DNA of 64,000 bases from a virus (lineage: Duplodnaviria; Caudoviricetes). The stretch spans positions 5,115 through 69,114 of the IMG/VR virus record IMGVR_UViG_3300025250_000043, one strand, 5' to 3'. Below the pieces are notes generated by a model. The model saw only the letters and a list, made by a program, of their open reading frames with translations, did no database searches and was not told the origin of the DNA. Below, piece by piece: positions 36,501-45,311 of the stretch (position 1 is the first letter of the stretch; every line of letters starts with the position of its first letter). The translations under genes and the position numbers were made by a program.

Positions 36501-36525
36501 AATAAGCTTTAGCTAAAATTGTTCC
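36501..36525 (-). promoter_or_regulatory. EcfG/RpoE2-type promoter motif upstream of ligase fragment
   Basis: Minus strand GGAAC-N18-TT. Confidence 0.45.
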
Positions 36526-36549
36526 GAAGCAGGAAATGATTCTCGATTT

Positions 36550-36574
36550 GCAACGAACTCCAGATTCCCACGTT
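36550..36574 (+). promoter_or_regulatory. EcfG-type promoter motif upstream of DUF3606
   Basis: GCAAC-N16-CGTT (one mismatch to GGAAC). Confidence 0.4.
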
Positions 36575-36607
36575 TCGCTCAATCCGTTCTCATCTGGAGG
36601 AAAGGGC

Positions 36608-36796
36608 ATGGCCGACGATAAGAGCAAGCGTGACTTTCGCGACCGCAACCGGGTGTCAGCCGACGAGGATTATGAGGTGCGGTACTTTGCGGAGAAAGCC
36701 GGCATTACGCCCCAACAGGTCAGGGACTTGATATCAAAGCACGGCAATGACCGTGCAACGCTGGAGCGGGAAGCCAAAGCGCTCAAAGGTCGGTAA
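36608..36796 (+). CDS. DUF3606 protein
   Basis: MADDKSKRDFRDRNRVSADEDYEVRYFAEKAGIT. Confidence 0.9.
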   Translation: MADDKSKRDFRDRNRVSADEDYEVRYFAEKAGITPQQVRDLISKHGNDRATLEREAKALKGR

Positions 36797-36800
36797 CTAC

Positions 36801-37022
36801 ATGCCGACATACCAGGTTGAAGAATTCTGTGGCGAGCGGCTTGTCGCATCCCAAACCGTGGACGATGACAACCCGATGAATGCGGCCGAACGGGTTGCGG
36901 GCGGCCCGATCTCGCCGAGGGCGTTGCAGAAACACTGGTTCAGGGTCGTTGATGAACGGCTAGGATCAGTGCACGAGTTCAGTTTGGCTGAAACTGGCGA
37001 GCCCAAAGATTTCGCGAAGTGA
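36801..37022 (+). CDS. Hypothetical protein
   Basis: MPTYQVEEFCGERLVAS; 73 aa. Confidence 0.6.
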   Translation: MPTYQVEEFCGERLVASQTVDDDNPMNAAERVAGGPISPRALQKHWFRVVDERLGSVHEFSLAETGEPKDFAK

Positions 37023-37205
37023 GCGGCTAGTGACTCTCCAGCAGCCCGCCCCCGCCCACCATTGTCACACGGGTGGCATCGTCACCAATCATCATCGGCG
37101 GTGCGACCAAAGTCCAATCCACAGCCAAAGAGGTCCTACGTCGGGAAACTCTTGGCCTTTCGTAAGTTGTGAGTACCCGTGAGTCCCTCCAACGAGTAAA
37201 CCACC

Positions 37206-37415
37206 ATGCCCTTGTCACTTGAATTGAACGACACGCCGCTCGCGTTAACGTGTCCCGATTGTTCACTTACATTCGTAAAAAAGGGCTCGTGGATCAAAAC
37301 CATCAGCAGGTACAAATGCGATGGCTGCGGAGCGACAGTTCGCGTTGGATACGACGAAAAACTCTCCATATTCGAGAGGCACCTCGAAACGATCCACCTG
37401 TCAGCCCCCCGATAA
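37206..37415 (+). CDS. Small zinc-ribbon protein
   Basis: CPDC...CDGC. Confidence 0.6.
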   Translation: MPLSLELNDTPLALTCPDCSLTFVKKGSWIKTISRYKCDGCGATVRVGYDEKLSIFERHLETIHLSAPR

Positions 37416-37727
37416 AAAAGCCCGCCGACCGGAGCCGACGGGCAAGAAGTGGTTTGGCTTCGCCCACCGATCGTCAGGCGAGGCATATTAGCGCTACTGC
37501 ATACAGCTGCGGCAAGCACCAACAAAAGTTAAAGCGAGAACGAAAGTGTGTGAGAGCCCATCAAACCCGCTGGGGAAGATGGGCTCTCTGGTCGGTCGAG
37601 GGGTCTCTTCCCGACACATCGCGGCGCGACCATCCTCCTACGCGCCGCACCACCCCAATTTCGCTGTCGGCGGAATGTTCCATTAGCAAACGCTTGACTA
37701 CGCCGCCGGCCGCGCCAGAGTCATGGC

Positions 37728-38039
37728 ATGGCGAAGGACTCTATCAAGATCGGCGACGAGGTCGCCATCACTGCAACCGTGCGCAAGCGCGTGACAGAGG
37801 ACAGAATCAGCGTGCTGATCCCATCCTACGATCACCCGCATTCGATCGTCGATAGCACGCCACACATAAGCAGCGGCCAGAAGATCGAGCTAATCGGCCC
37901 GGTTGTTCGCGTCGATGAGGACACGGTGACGATCGGCGGCAAGGATCTCGGCATCACGGTCAAGCGCAGTGCCGTGCGGCTCGTCACCAGCCATGTGGCG
38001 CCGAAGCGTAAAACGCCACTGGTCGACAAGCCGACGTAG
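37728..38039 (+). CDS. Hypothetical beta-rich protein
   Basis: MAKDSIKIGDEVAITATVRKRV. Confidence 0.7.
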   Translation: MAKDSIKIGDEVAITATVRKRVTEDRISVLIPSYDHPHSIVDSTPHISSGQKIELIGPVVRVDEDTVTIGGKDLGITVKRSAVRLVTSHVAPKRKTPLVDKPT

Positions 38040-38379
38040 ATGGCACCAACGCGCGTTTCCGCTGGCCGCTGTCTACCCGGTCACGGCGAAATAGTTCGGG
38101 AAAGCCCGGCCCACTCATCGAGGAGAGTGTCATGTCGCCAGAACAGGTGAGCCGGGCTCCCGCGCTCCTCCGTTCGTGAGGAACGGTGGAGCGCCGGGCA
38201 AGGCTTGCTGAGAATGGGGAGCGCCGCAAATTGACAAAGGTCTTATTTGAAATCGAAAAGGTCCGATGCCGGCCGACGATTCACCATTTGTTGACCATAT
38301 TAGACCACTCTCATACGCGGACATGCCTGTATCGCGTACATGGCCAAGGCCCCGGCGACTGACCCCGTCGCCGGGGCTA

Positions 38380-38616
38380 TTAGTTTCCCAGCCTAGCTGT
38401 CGGCGGGAACGGTACGACGTTGTTGTCGCGCTTGCGGATTTCCATCTCGCGATAGATTAGAATCGTCATCGTCATTTCGGCGCTGCCAGCGACCGACTGT
38501 CCTGGCATGGACTCCAAAAGGGTTCTGAGGGTGTGGTCATCCATTGTCGCGAGATGGGCTTTGATCGCCTCGATGCTGTCGCCAAGCTCTGCAATCAATT
38601 TGGCCGCTGTCTGCAT
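38380..38616 (-). CDS. Hypothetical protein
   Basis: MQTAAKLIAELGDS...NNVVPFP. Confidence 0.55.
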   Translation of the reverse strand: MQTAAKLIAELGDSIEAIKAHLATMDDHTLRTLLESMPGQSVAGSAEMTMTILIYREMEIRKRDNNVVPFPPTARLGN

Positions 38617-39287
38617 ATGACCCGTTCCATCCCACTGACGCCGCGCGACTCGATGGTGGATAGTACAAACTGAAAGCAGCGCCTCACAATTGGGCCAAAG
38701 TCCCTGATAGCGGCTGCGTCCATCCATGGTCGTCGATATAGTTCTCCGTTGGGCCGCTCTCCTACGCCGCCGAAGCGTCCCGCGTCCTCGCGGTCCTCGC
38801 GGGCCAGGCGATACACCTCTTGAAACGGTTGCCAGCATAAGCCGCCACTTATCGGCAAGGCCATGACAATGGTCCCTCAGACGAGCCCTATCAGATGGAT
38901 TAAATGAGAAATGCGGGTGCCGACCGCTTCGACAAATGCGCCATGATTGGCCGCGAGATTCCAGCCAAAGAATGCGACCCAGCAGAAGAGCATGATGGCG
39001 AAGCGCATTAGGGGACACTAATATACTGCGGTTGCTCAAAACTTAAAGCCGGGGAAAGGCGCTAGCGCGCGTTTTGCTGCCCGCTCTGCAAGCCGTTGAG
39101 GCGGTCACGCAATGAAAAGAGCCCGCCGGGGGACACGACGGGCTCTTTGTCGGGCACCATGCATAACCCGACCGCTGGCGAGATGGGCACCCGCCGAAAT
39201 CCCGAACTTCGCTGGTTCAAGAATGTTCCAACCTCATGGCTCTTCCTCGCGAAAATCGTAGCGACCCTCGCAGATCCGCGAGTGGTC

Positions 39288-39313
39288 GGAACATTTTAGC
39301 TATCGCGAATGTT
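39288..39313 (+). promoter_or_regulatory. EcfG/RpoE2-type promoter motif
   Basis: GGAAC-N18-GTT immediately upstream of ORF 39321. Confidence 0.45.
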
Positions 39314-39320
39314 TCACTGC

Positions 39321-39563
39321 ATGGCGACGATAGACACATCCGAGTGCAGGGCCGCGCTGACCCTGATCCGGCGAACGATAGAAGATCACTGCCCTCCTGG
39401 CGTTCTCCCGAGCGAAGAAGCCGTTAATGGGCTCTATGGCCCTTCGGTGATGCATGAAGCCGCCGCGCTGGCCGCAGCCATCGTCAAGACAGTCGACCGG
39501 CTTAGTTTTGAGCGACACGAGATGCCGCCGGCGCCGAGCATTAAACCTAGCGGTGGACAGTAA
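39321..39563 (+). CDS. Hypothetical protein
   Basis: MATIDTSECRAALTLIRRTIEDHCPPG. Confidence 0.6.
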   Translation: MATIDTSECRAALTLIRRTIEDHCPPGVLPSEEAVNGLYGPSVMHEAAALAAAIVKTVDRLSFERHEMPPAPSIKPSGGQ

Positions 39564-39947
39564 GCATTCCCGCCGACTTTCGGCACCGGGCAATCTAGTG
39601 CCGGTCCTTCAAAAACCTGGCTTCACGTATCAGGGAATTCCAGTCGGTTCCGATCAGCTTGATAAGGCCCCGGGCAACCGTCTCCGAAATGCCAATCTCT
39701 TTCGCGAGCCGGCGGGCGAGCATCTGGTCGCCATCGTCTTCGCGTCCGTCGCCGTTCTTCGACATCGAACCTCCCGCTTGGAAATGGCCCGCGCTCGGGA
39801 AAGCGCGGGCCGACCAAGATTGGGTCTTCGGTCAGCGACAGCCCGTTGAAGGACCATCGCCTCTGCTCAAACCAGCGAACGGCACACAGGTTCCACAGCC
39901 AGAACCAAACGCTTAAAAGCCGCTTTCGGTGGCCGCGTGGGCCGCTT

Positions 39948-40100
39948 TCACCGGCATCTCTTCAGGCAAACGGCCGGCGCGCGAGCGTCGGCCGTAAGGT
40001 CGATGATGACGTGTGCCACATAGGCCGCCGCGACCAGGCAAACGCCGATTGCGACCAGTTGCGCCAGGGCGCCCTTGAGGGTTCTCGGCCGGTGCGTCAT
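39948..40100 (-). CDS. 50-aa membrane peptide
   Basis: MTHRPRTLKGALAQLVAIGVCLVAAAYVAHVII; ATGA coupling. Confidence 0.55.
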   Translation of the reverse strand: MTHRPRTLKGALAQLVAIGVCLVAAAYVAHVIIDLTADARAPAVCLKRCR

Positions 40101-40348
40101 GGATGCTTCCCCGTGAAGTACACCGCGACCTTGTCCCAGGCCACGATAGCGCCTGTGACGAAGGCGAACAGGATGCCGAGGAACTTCAGGAACCGGCCGG
40201 CCGTCTCGCGGTCTTGCGAGAACTGGATAGCTTGCTCCAGATAGGCGACGCGCTTCGGCGTGAGGCCCGCGAGGAACTTGCGGACCTCCGGATCGAGATC
40301 GGCCAGGCGACGAACGATCTCTTCCTCGTCGGTGAGCTCATTTGACAT
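40097..40348 (-). CDS. Small protein with C-terminal TM helix
   Basis: 83 aa, FLGILFAFVTGAIVAW. Confidence 0.7.
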   Translation of the reverse strand: MSNELTDEEEIVRRLADLDPEVRKFLAGLTPKRVAYLEQAIQFSQDRETAGRFLKFLGILFAFVTGAIVAWDKVAVYFTGKHP

Positions 40349-40883
40349 CGGCGGCCTCTCTCTTCAGCCGATCGCGTTCCCCCTGCATCGCCTTCAGGTG
40401 CGCGACCCATGCCTCGCCCTCATGCAAGAGGTCGGCGTCACGCTGGCTCTTGCGGCGGTTGTCGATCAGCGTCCCGTGCTCTTGCGCATCGAGCAGGATA
40501 GCGCAGCACGCCATGACCGCGCCGAGGTTCTTGATCTTCGTGTCGCGAGTGAGCTCTTCGCCGACGGAGAAAAGCTCGAGGTGACGGAGGGCCGCGTGGA
40601 CGTAGGTCATCGCCTCGACGTGAGTGTCGCGCCAGTTGTAGAAGTCATACTTCAGCCCGCCGTCATAGTGGGCCGACAGTTGCGCCAGCTTGCCGGCCAT
40701 CGGCAGGAAGCCAAGCGGCGGTTTCTTGTCGCCGAACGCCTGCTTAGGGTTCGCCGGCTTCACCGCTGGCGCGTCCGACACGTTCTGGAATTGCTGCGTT
40801 TGCAGCGTGGGCGGAGGCCCCGCGGATTTATCCGCGTATGCCTCCAGAGGGCCGAAAGTCTCGGCCGCCAGGTCCGCATCCAT
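40338..40883 (-). CDS. dATP/dGTP diphosphohydrolase-domain protein (DUF5664-like)
   Basis: NPKQAFGDKKPPLGFLP...GGLKYDFYNWR...YVHAALRHL...GE...D...LGAVMACCAIL. Confidence 0.8.
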   Translation of the reverse strand: MDADLAAETFGPLEAYADKSAGPPPTLQTQQFQNVSDAPAVKPANPKQAFGDKKPPLGFLPMAGKLAQLSAHYDGGLKYDFYNWRDTHVEAMTYVHAALRHLELFSVGEELTRDTKIKNLGAVMACCAILLDAQEHGTLIDNRRKSQRDADLLHEGEAWVAHLKAMQGERDRLKREAADVK

Positions 40884-40890
40884 ATGTCAC

Positions 40891-42159
40891 CTATCGGATT
40901 TCGACTTCAGTCGAGCCGACGGCCCCACGATTGAAGTCATAGTTCATGGCCCGCATCGATCGGCCGGACAAGAAGCCGTACGAGTGGTGGAATGCGTCTT
41001 GGGCAACCGGCGCGCGGTGCGAGTACACATGCACACCACCAATTTCCTTCAGCGTGTCGTGATGGATATGGCCGGTGTGGAAATGCCGTGTCGTCGTCTC
41101 CGCCCAATCCTGGCGGCGGATGTTCGCCATGATCAGCGGCATTTCGGGGATCTTCGCACCGTCGCCGTGAGTGCCGCCGAGAAGATTGACGCCGAAGCGC
41201 CGCCACCAAAACGGGTCGGGGCTGTCGTCGACCGTCACCCGGTCCGAGTTGCGCCAGTACATGCGCATGGCTTGCACAAGGCCGACGGTCGAGTTCGGGT
41301 CGTGGTTGCCCTTCTTCAGGACGAATTCGACGCTCTCATGCTTGGCCGCGACCATTTCGGACGATTCCACCAAGAGATCGGAAGTCGTCGAGAGGGTCTT
41401 CGGATAGCGCGTGTCAACGTCGAGGATGTTGCCCGAGCGCTCCGTCATGTTGCGGCCGTTGTCGGCGTGGAGAAGGTCGCCCAGGCCCAGGATGACGGCG
41501 TACTTCGACCGTGGCGATTGCTCGATCACGTCCGCCACCGTTTGCAGCAAGACACGCTTGGCGATCGACAAATCCCAATCGAGGCCAGTCTCGCGCCCGT
41601 AGGCGAAAAGGCCGACGTGCCAGTCGCAGAAAATGTAGACCGTGAGCCGTTCGGCTAAGGTCATCTGCGGCCGGATGATGAAGGGAGCCGAAGGCACGAA
41701 TTCTTCGAACGCCTGGCGGATGATCTCCGCCTTGTCGATCGCGTCCTTCAGGTCGCGGTCGGTCTTGTGCCACTTCAGGAGGATACGATCCTCGCCATCC
41801 GTGAGAACCGACAGGCCCTTCAGTAGGTGGTCGTCCGGCTTGACGAATTCTCCGCCCTTGTCGGCGCGGGTCTTGACCGACGTGCGCTCGATATAGCCGT
41901 CGGCGTCGCGCGTGATCGAATGCGACTGGACGATGAATCCTTCCGGAACGATGTTCCCGGCGATCGTGCCGTCGAGGCCGCGTTCGGAAGCTCGCCGGAG
42001 CGTCTTCTGTAGCGTCGATCGGTTGATGCCGAGTTCGCCAGCGGCCTTGCGCTTGGACAGCCCACAGGCCCGGTAAACGGCGAGCCGGCGGAGGATTTCT
42101 TCGTTCTCCAGCTTGTCGACTTTGCCGCCGGTCTTTCTCTTGATTGCCCCCTCGCTCAT
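40891..42159 (-). CDS. Calcineurin-like metallophosphoesterase with N-terminal HTH
   Basis: DWHVG, GDLLH, GNHD, HGD, GHIHH; N-terminal SKRKAAGELGINRSTL. Confidence 0.85.
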   Translation of the reverse strand: MSEGAIKRKTGGKVDKLENEEILRRLAVYRACGLSKRKAAGELGINRSTLQKTLRRASERGLDGTIAGNIVPEGFIVQSHSITRDADGYIERTSVKTRADKGGEFVKPDDHLLKGLSVLTDGEDRILLKWHKTDRDLKDAIDKAEIIRQAFEEFVPSAPFIIRPQMTLAERLTVYIFCDWHVGLFAYGRETGLDWDLSIAKRVLLQTVADVIEQSPRSKYAVILGLGDLLHADNGRNMTERSGNILDVDTRYPKTLSTTSDLLVESSEMVAAKHESVEFVLKKGNHDPNSTVGLVQAMRMYWRNSDRVTVDDSPDPFWWRRFGVNLLGGTHGDGAKIPEMPLIMANIRRQDWAETTTRHFHTGHIHHDTLKEIGGVHVYSHRAPVAQDAFHHSYGFLSGRSMRAMNYDFNRGAVGSTEVEIR

Positions 42160-42452
42160 TTCGGCACCGCCTTTCCGGCCGGCGTCGCGCCGGCCTTGAT
42201 CAGCGCTGCATTCTTCGCGATGCAGTCGCCGTAATTGATGCGGTCGGTCCCCCACAGGTCCCCGACTTCCTTTTCGGTGAGATCGCGGTGCGGAACGTCG
42301 ACCAAAGGCGCGCACGGTTCCTTCAGCGTCTTCGGGTTCTCATTCGCCGTTTGCAGGACGGCGGGCGCTGGCACGTCCAGCTTTGTCCAGACCGATTGAC
42401 AGCCGCTTAGACACAGAAGGAACGTGGCAGCGGTCATCAGGCGAAGGTGCAT
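42156..42452 (-). CDS. o-spanin (Rz1-like lipoprotein)
   Basis: Lipobox LSGC after hydrophobic leader; Cys pair; overlaps Rz 3' end. Confidence 0.75.
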   Translation of the reverse strand: MHLRLMTAATFLLCLSGCQSVWTKLDVPAPAVLQTANENPKTLKEPCAPLVDVPHRDLTEKEVGDLWGTDRINYGDCIAKNAALIKAGATPAGKAVPK

Positions 42453-42846
42453 TTTCCAGATCATTGAGGATTTCCTTGAGCTCCCCGGCGTGGATGGCGC
42501 GCGCGGCGCGGTCGGCGAGGAATTGGCGTTCGGCTTCGGCTTTGCGTTCGGCGTCGGCGGCGCGGAGTTGGGCGGCCTTGTCACGGGCCTCTTGGGCGGC
42601 CTTGACCCAGGCGGCGCGCTCTTCGCTCACGCCGGCACCGTGGCCGGCCTGGCGGGCTCGCTCGACCCGCCCAATGGCGATGTCGTCGAGCAGCGGACCG
42701 ACCGCCGGCACGTAGCGGACGATCGGCACGGCCGTTTCGATTTCCTTCACGACCGGAACGCCCTCGTAGAAGACGAGAACGCCGATCGCGACGATGGCAG
42801 CTGGCGACAAACGCGACAGCAGCCAGGCCAGGGCGCCGGAGATCAT
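42340..42846 (-). CDS. i-spanin (Rz-like)
   Basis: N-terminal TM plus coiled coil and C-terminal Cys; follows endolysin. Confidence 0.7.
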   Translation of the reverse strand: MISGALAWLLSRLSPAAIVAIGVLVFYEGVPVVKEIETAVPIVRYVPAVGPLLDDIAIGRVERARQAGHGAGVSEERAAWVKAAQEARDKAAQLRAADAERKAEAERQFLADRAARAIHAGELKEILNDLENAPSPDDRCHVPSVSKRLSIGLDKAGRASARRPANGE

Positions 42847-43364
42847 CGGCCGGCTTCCTTCAGGCCACGGAGGCACATGGCTTGCTCGCTCTCGCGGCCG
42901 GCGTCGCCCTTGACGCGCCGGTTGAAGAGCCCGCGCACGACCTCGCCCTTGACGTAGACCCATTTCGAGAGCTGGAGGCACGCGCCGCGAAGATCGCCGG
43001 CCTTCACCTTGGCGATCAGGGTCGACTTGCAAGCGGCTCCGGTGCCGACGTTGAACGCCCAATCGTTGATGGCGACATAGGCCGGGCCAGGGACGCGTTT
43101 CTCGTCGCCGAGCTCCGGCGCACAGGCCAGCAAGCGCATTTCATGCGCGACGATGTCCTTGCGGGTGATCTCGTCGCATTCGGCCGGCGTGTAGAGCTTA
43201 TCCTTGATGATGTCGGGTCCGGTGTGGCCTCGACACACGGTAAGGACATGGCCGACATCGTAGTACGGCCGGTATTTGGTTCCTTCCCACGACCCGGTGT
43301 ACGCGGTGGCAGCAGCAAGCAGGGCAAGCCCCGCCGCTCCGCTCTGGAGGTAACGGCTTTTCAT
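42843..43364 (-). CDS. Endolysin, GH24 lysozyme (SAR-type N-terminus)
   Basis: WEG..Y.PYYDVGHVLTVCRGHT, FNVG, ACLQLSKWVY, GLFNRR. Confidence 0.93.
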   Translation of the reverse strand: MKSRYLQSGAAGLALLAAATAYTGSWEGTKYRPYYDVGHVLTVCRGHTGPDIIKDKLYTPAECDEITRKDIVAHEMRLLACAPELGDEKRVPGPAYVAINDWAFNVGTGAACKSTLIAKVKAGDLRGACLQLSKWVYVKGEVVRGLFNRRVKGDAGRESEQAMCLRGLKEAGR

Positions 43365-43632
43365 CGAAATTTTCCTTTGGAGTTTGGGCCACGAAGCGGG
43401 CGACCAGGCCGGCGCAAATGACCACGAAGAGAAGGGCAGCGAAGACGTTCGGCGGGAACCGATCGCTGTAGAGCGGCAAGATCGCTTCGGCCCCGGAGAG
43501 GATGCCGGCGACCGCCAGGATGCGAACCGACCAGGCGCGCTTGAGCACGTCTCGCCAGTTGTCGATCAGCCTGAGTTCGGTCGCACGAAATCGCCTCCAG
43601 GCAGCTTTCGCCGCCAGAGTGAGGGCAGACAT
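43198..43632 (-). CDS. Putative holin
   Basis: LIDNWRDVLKRAWSVRI, two TM segments, GLVARFVAQ; precedes endolysin. Confidence 0.75.
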   Translation of the reverse strand: MSALTLAAKAAWRRFRATELRLIDNWRDVLKRAWSVRILAVAGILSGAEAILPLYSDRFPPNVFAALLFVVICAGLVARFVAQTPKENFDEKPLPPERSGGACPACCCHRVHRVVGRNQIPAVLRCRPCPYRVSRPHRTRHHQG

Positions 43633-43693
43633 GACGATGTCCTTGGGTTGCGGCCTAGAACTAGGCCAGGGCGCGCCTTAGCGGTAGTGGCGC

Positions 43694-43816
43694 TCAAAAG
43701 AACACCCTCCAGACGACGAAGGCGGTGAATGCGGAGCCGACGACGAAGCCGCCGGTCGCCCACAAGAGCCGATCGATGATCGGCGCGATGATAGGGACTA
43801 GCTCCATGATCTTCAC
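43694..43816 (-). CDS. 40-aa membrane peptide after portal
   Basis: GTG start overlapping portal stop; IIDRLLWATGGFVVGSAFTAFVVWRVFF. Confidence 0.45.
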   Translation of the reverse strand: MKIMELVPIIAPIIDRLLWATGGFVVGSAFTAFVVWRVFF

Positions 43817-45309
43817 GCCGCCTTCGCCGGGTTCGGGTTGTCGTTCGTGGCGTTCGGGTCATCCGTGGTGGCGGGATTATCCGGCTCCGTCCCCAAGCCC
43901 GTCCCCTCTTCCGCCAGGAGCATTTCCTCCGCGTCGGCGTCGAAGCTTGCCGCGAGCTCGCCACGGCGCTTCAATTCCGACCAGTAGGTCTTGCGCGACA
44001 ACTGACCGGCGACGCGAGCCTTCAGAAGGCTATCCATCGTCGGGCTGTCATTGCCCATGTCGTCGTCGAATTCCGTCTGGACATTGACCGAGGGCGCCCG
44101 CGTCGTGTCGGCCGCGCCGCGATAGCGCTCCGCGAACACGAAGGCCCGCTCAAGCGCATCCTTGAGATTGAGGGCCATGTTCTTGACCGCCGAATTCTCG
44201 CGGCGCTCGCCGGCCTTGACTGAGGTCGCGGTGATGACGCCGGAGCCCTTTTGGTGCGGCTTCATGGCGAGCGCGTCCATTTCCGCCTCCAGACGCTCAA
44301 GGTCTTTCTGGCCGGCCTCGATCGCCTTGCCTTCGGCCTCGACGTAGTACCACTTGCCTTGCGGGTCTTCCGTGGTGAGCAGCGAGTTGGGGCCGATCAC
44401 CGGCTTGACCGGAGCGTCCTCGCCCTTCTTCGGGACCGGCATCTTGACGCCGGAGCCCGCCAGGATCGGGAACCGGGCATACTTCAGGATGTTGCGCTGG
44501 TCGCTCGACGACTGCCAATGCTCGACGTTCTTCCACGCAAGATCGAGGAAGGGCGGCTTGACCGTGAACCCGGTCTTCGTGGCGCGGCGGCCGGTGAAAA
44601 AGGGGATGAGTGAGACTTCGCCGAGTGGAGCCGGCCCGCTCGCGACGATCTTCCACTCTTTCGCCTCCGTGCCTGCGTCGTCGACCGAGAGCTCCCATAA
44701 GTCCCATCCGTCGGAACGATAGTGGCGGACCCGCTTAACCGTGTATTCGGTGAAGCCGACCATTTTGACGCCGTTCTCAAACCAACGGGCATCAATGACC
44801 GTCGGCCGGCCCGTCCCCATGGACACGGTGCAGGAGAGCACGTCTTCAGCCCGGAAGTGAACGAAATAGGGCCGGATGTTGCCGGCGATCTCTTGCGCCA
44901 GGGTCATGCCAGGTTCGGCGCGAGGCATATCGACCAGAATGTACGCCAGGCCAGCGGTGACGCCGTCTTCAAGGAAGCGGCGCGCGAACACGTCGAGCGA
45001 GTTGCCGAGGAAGTCCACGTCATAGATGAACTGGTCATAGTACGGGTCATACTCGCCAGCGAGGGCGATAGGCGTTCCCATAGGCTTGCCGACGGCGAGA
45101 TTGACCGCGCCTTCAAGCTTGTTGAGCAGCACGGTTTCGGCCTTGCGGCCCTCGTAGCGCTGCGGGTCTTCCGTCGGCCATTTCGGGAGATAGCTTTCTC
45201 CGGCCGCGCGCATGGCCTCCGTGCCAGCCATGACCGTACGGAGCACCTTGAAGCTGGATTGGTTTGCCTTGTAGTCGGCGGAGGGAACGGTAGGATCGAT
45301 ATTCGCCAT
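43813..45309 (-). CDS. Portal protein (DUF4055 family)
   Basis: GTEAMRAAGESYLPKWPTED..RY..R, PYFVHFRAEDV, IPFF, PPFLDLA..N..HWQSSSD. Confidence 0.92.
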   Translation of the reverse strand: MANIDPTVPSADYKANQSSFKVLRTVMAGTEAMRAAGESYLPKWPTEDPQRYEGRKAETVLLNKLEGAVNLAVGKPMGTPIALAGEYDPYYDQFIYDVDFLGNSLDVFARRFLEDGVTAGLAYILVDMPRAEPGMTLAQEIAGNIRPYFVHFRAEDVLSCTVSMGTGRPTVIDARWFENGVKMVGFTEYTVKRVRHYRSDGWDLWELSVDDAGTEAKEWKIVASGPAPLGEVSLIPFFTGRRATKTGFTVKPPFLDLAWKNVEHWQSSSDQRNILKYARFPILAGSGVKMPVPKKGEDAPVKPVIGPNSLLTTEDPQGKWYYVEAEGKAIEAGQKDLERLEAEMDALAMKPHQKGSGVITATSVKAGERRENSAVKNMALNLKDALERAFVFAERYRGAADTTRAPSVNVQTEFDDDMGNDSPTMDSLLKARVAGQLSRKTYWSELKRRGELAASFDADAEEMLLAEEGTGLGTEPDNPATTDDPNATNDNPNPAKAA

Positions 45310-45311
45310 TG

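Noticed and set aside
32100-39950. Insertion sequence or transposon bounding the accessory island
   Set aside because: No transposase, terminal inverted repeats or target duplication recognised
27734-40883. 2-aminoadenine (Z-base) genome
   Set aside because: No PurZ, HD-family dATPase or phage DNA polymerase in the window; the left part of the prophage is unseen, so this is unsupported rather than excluded
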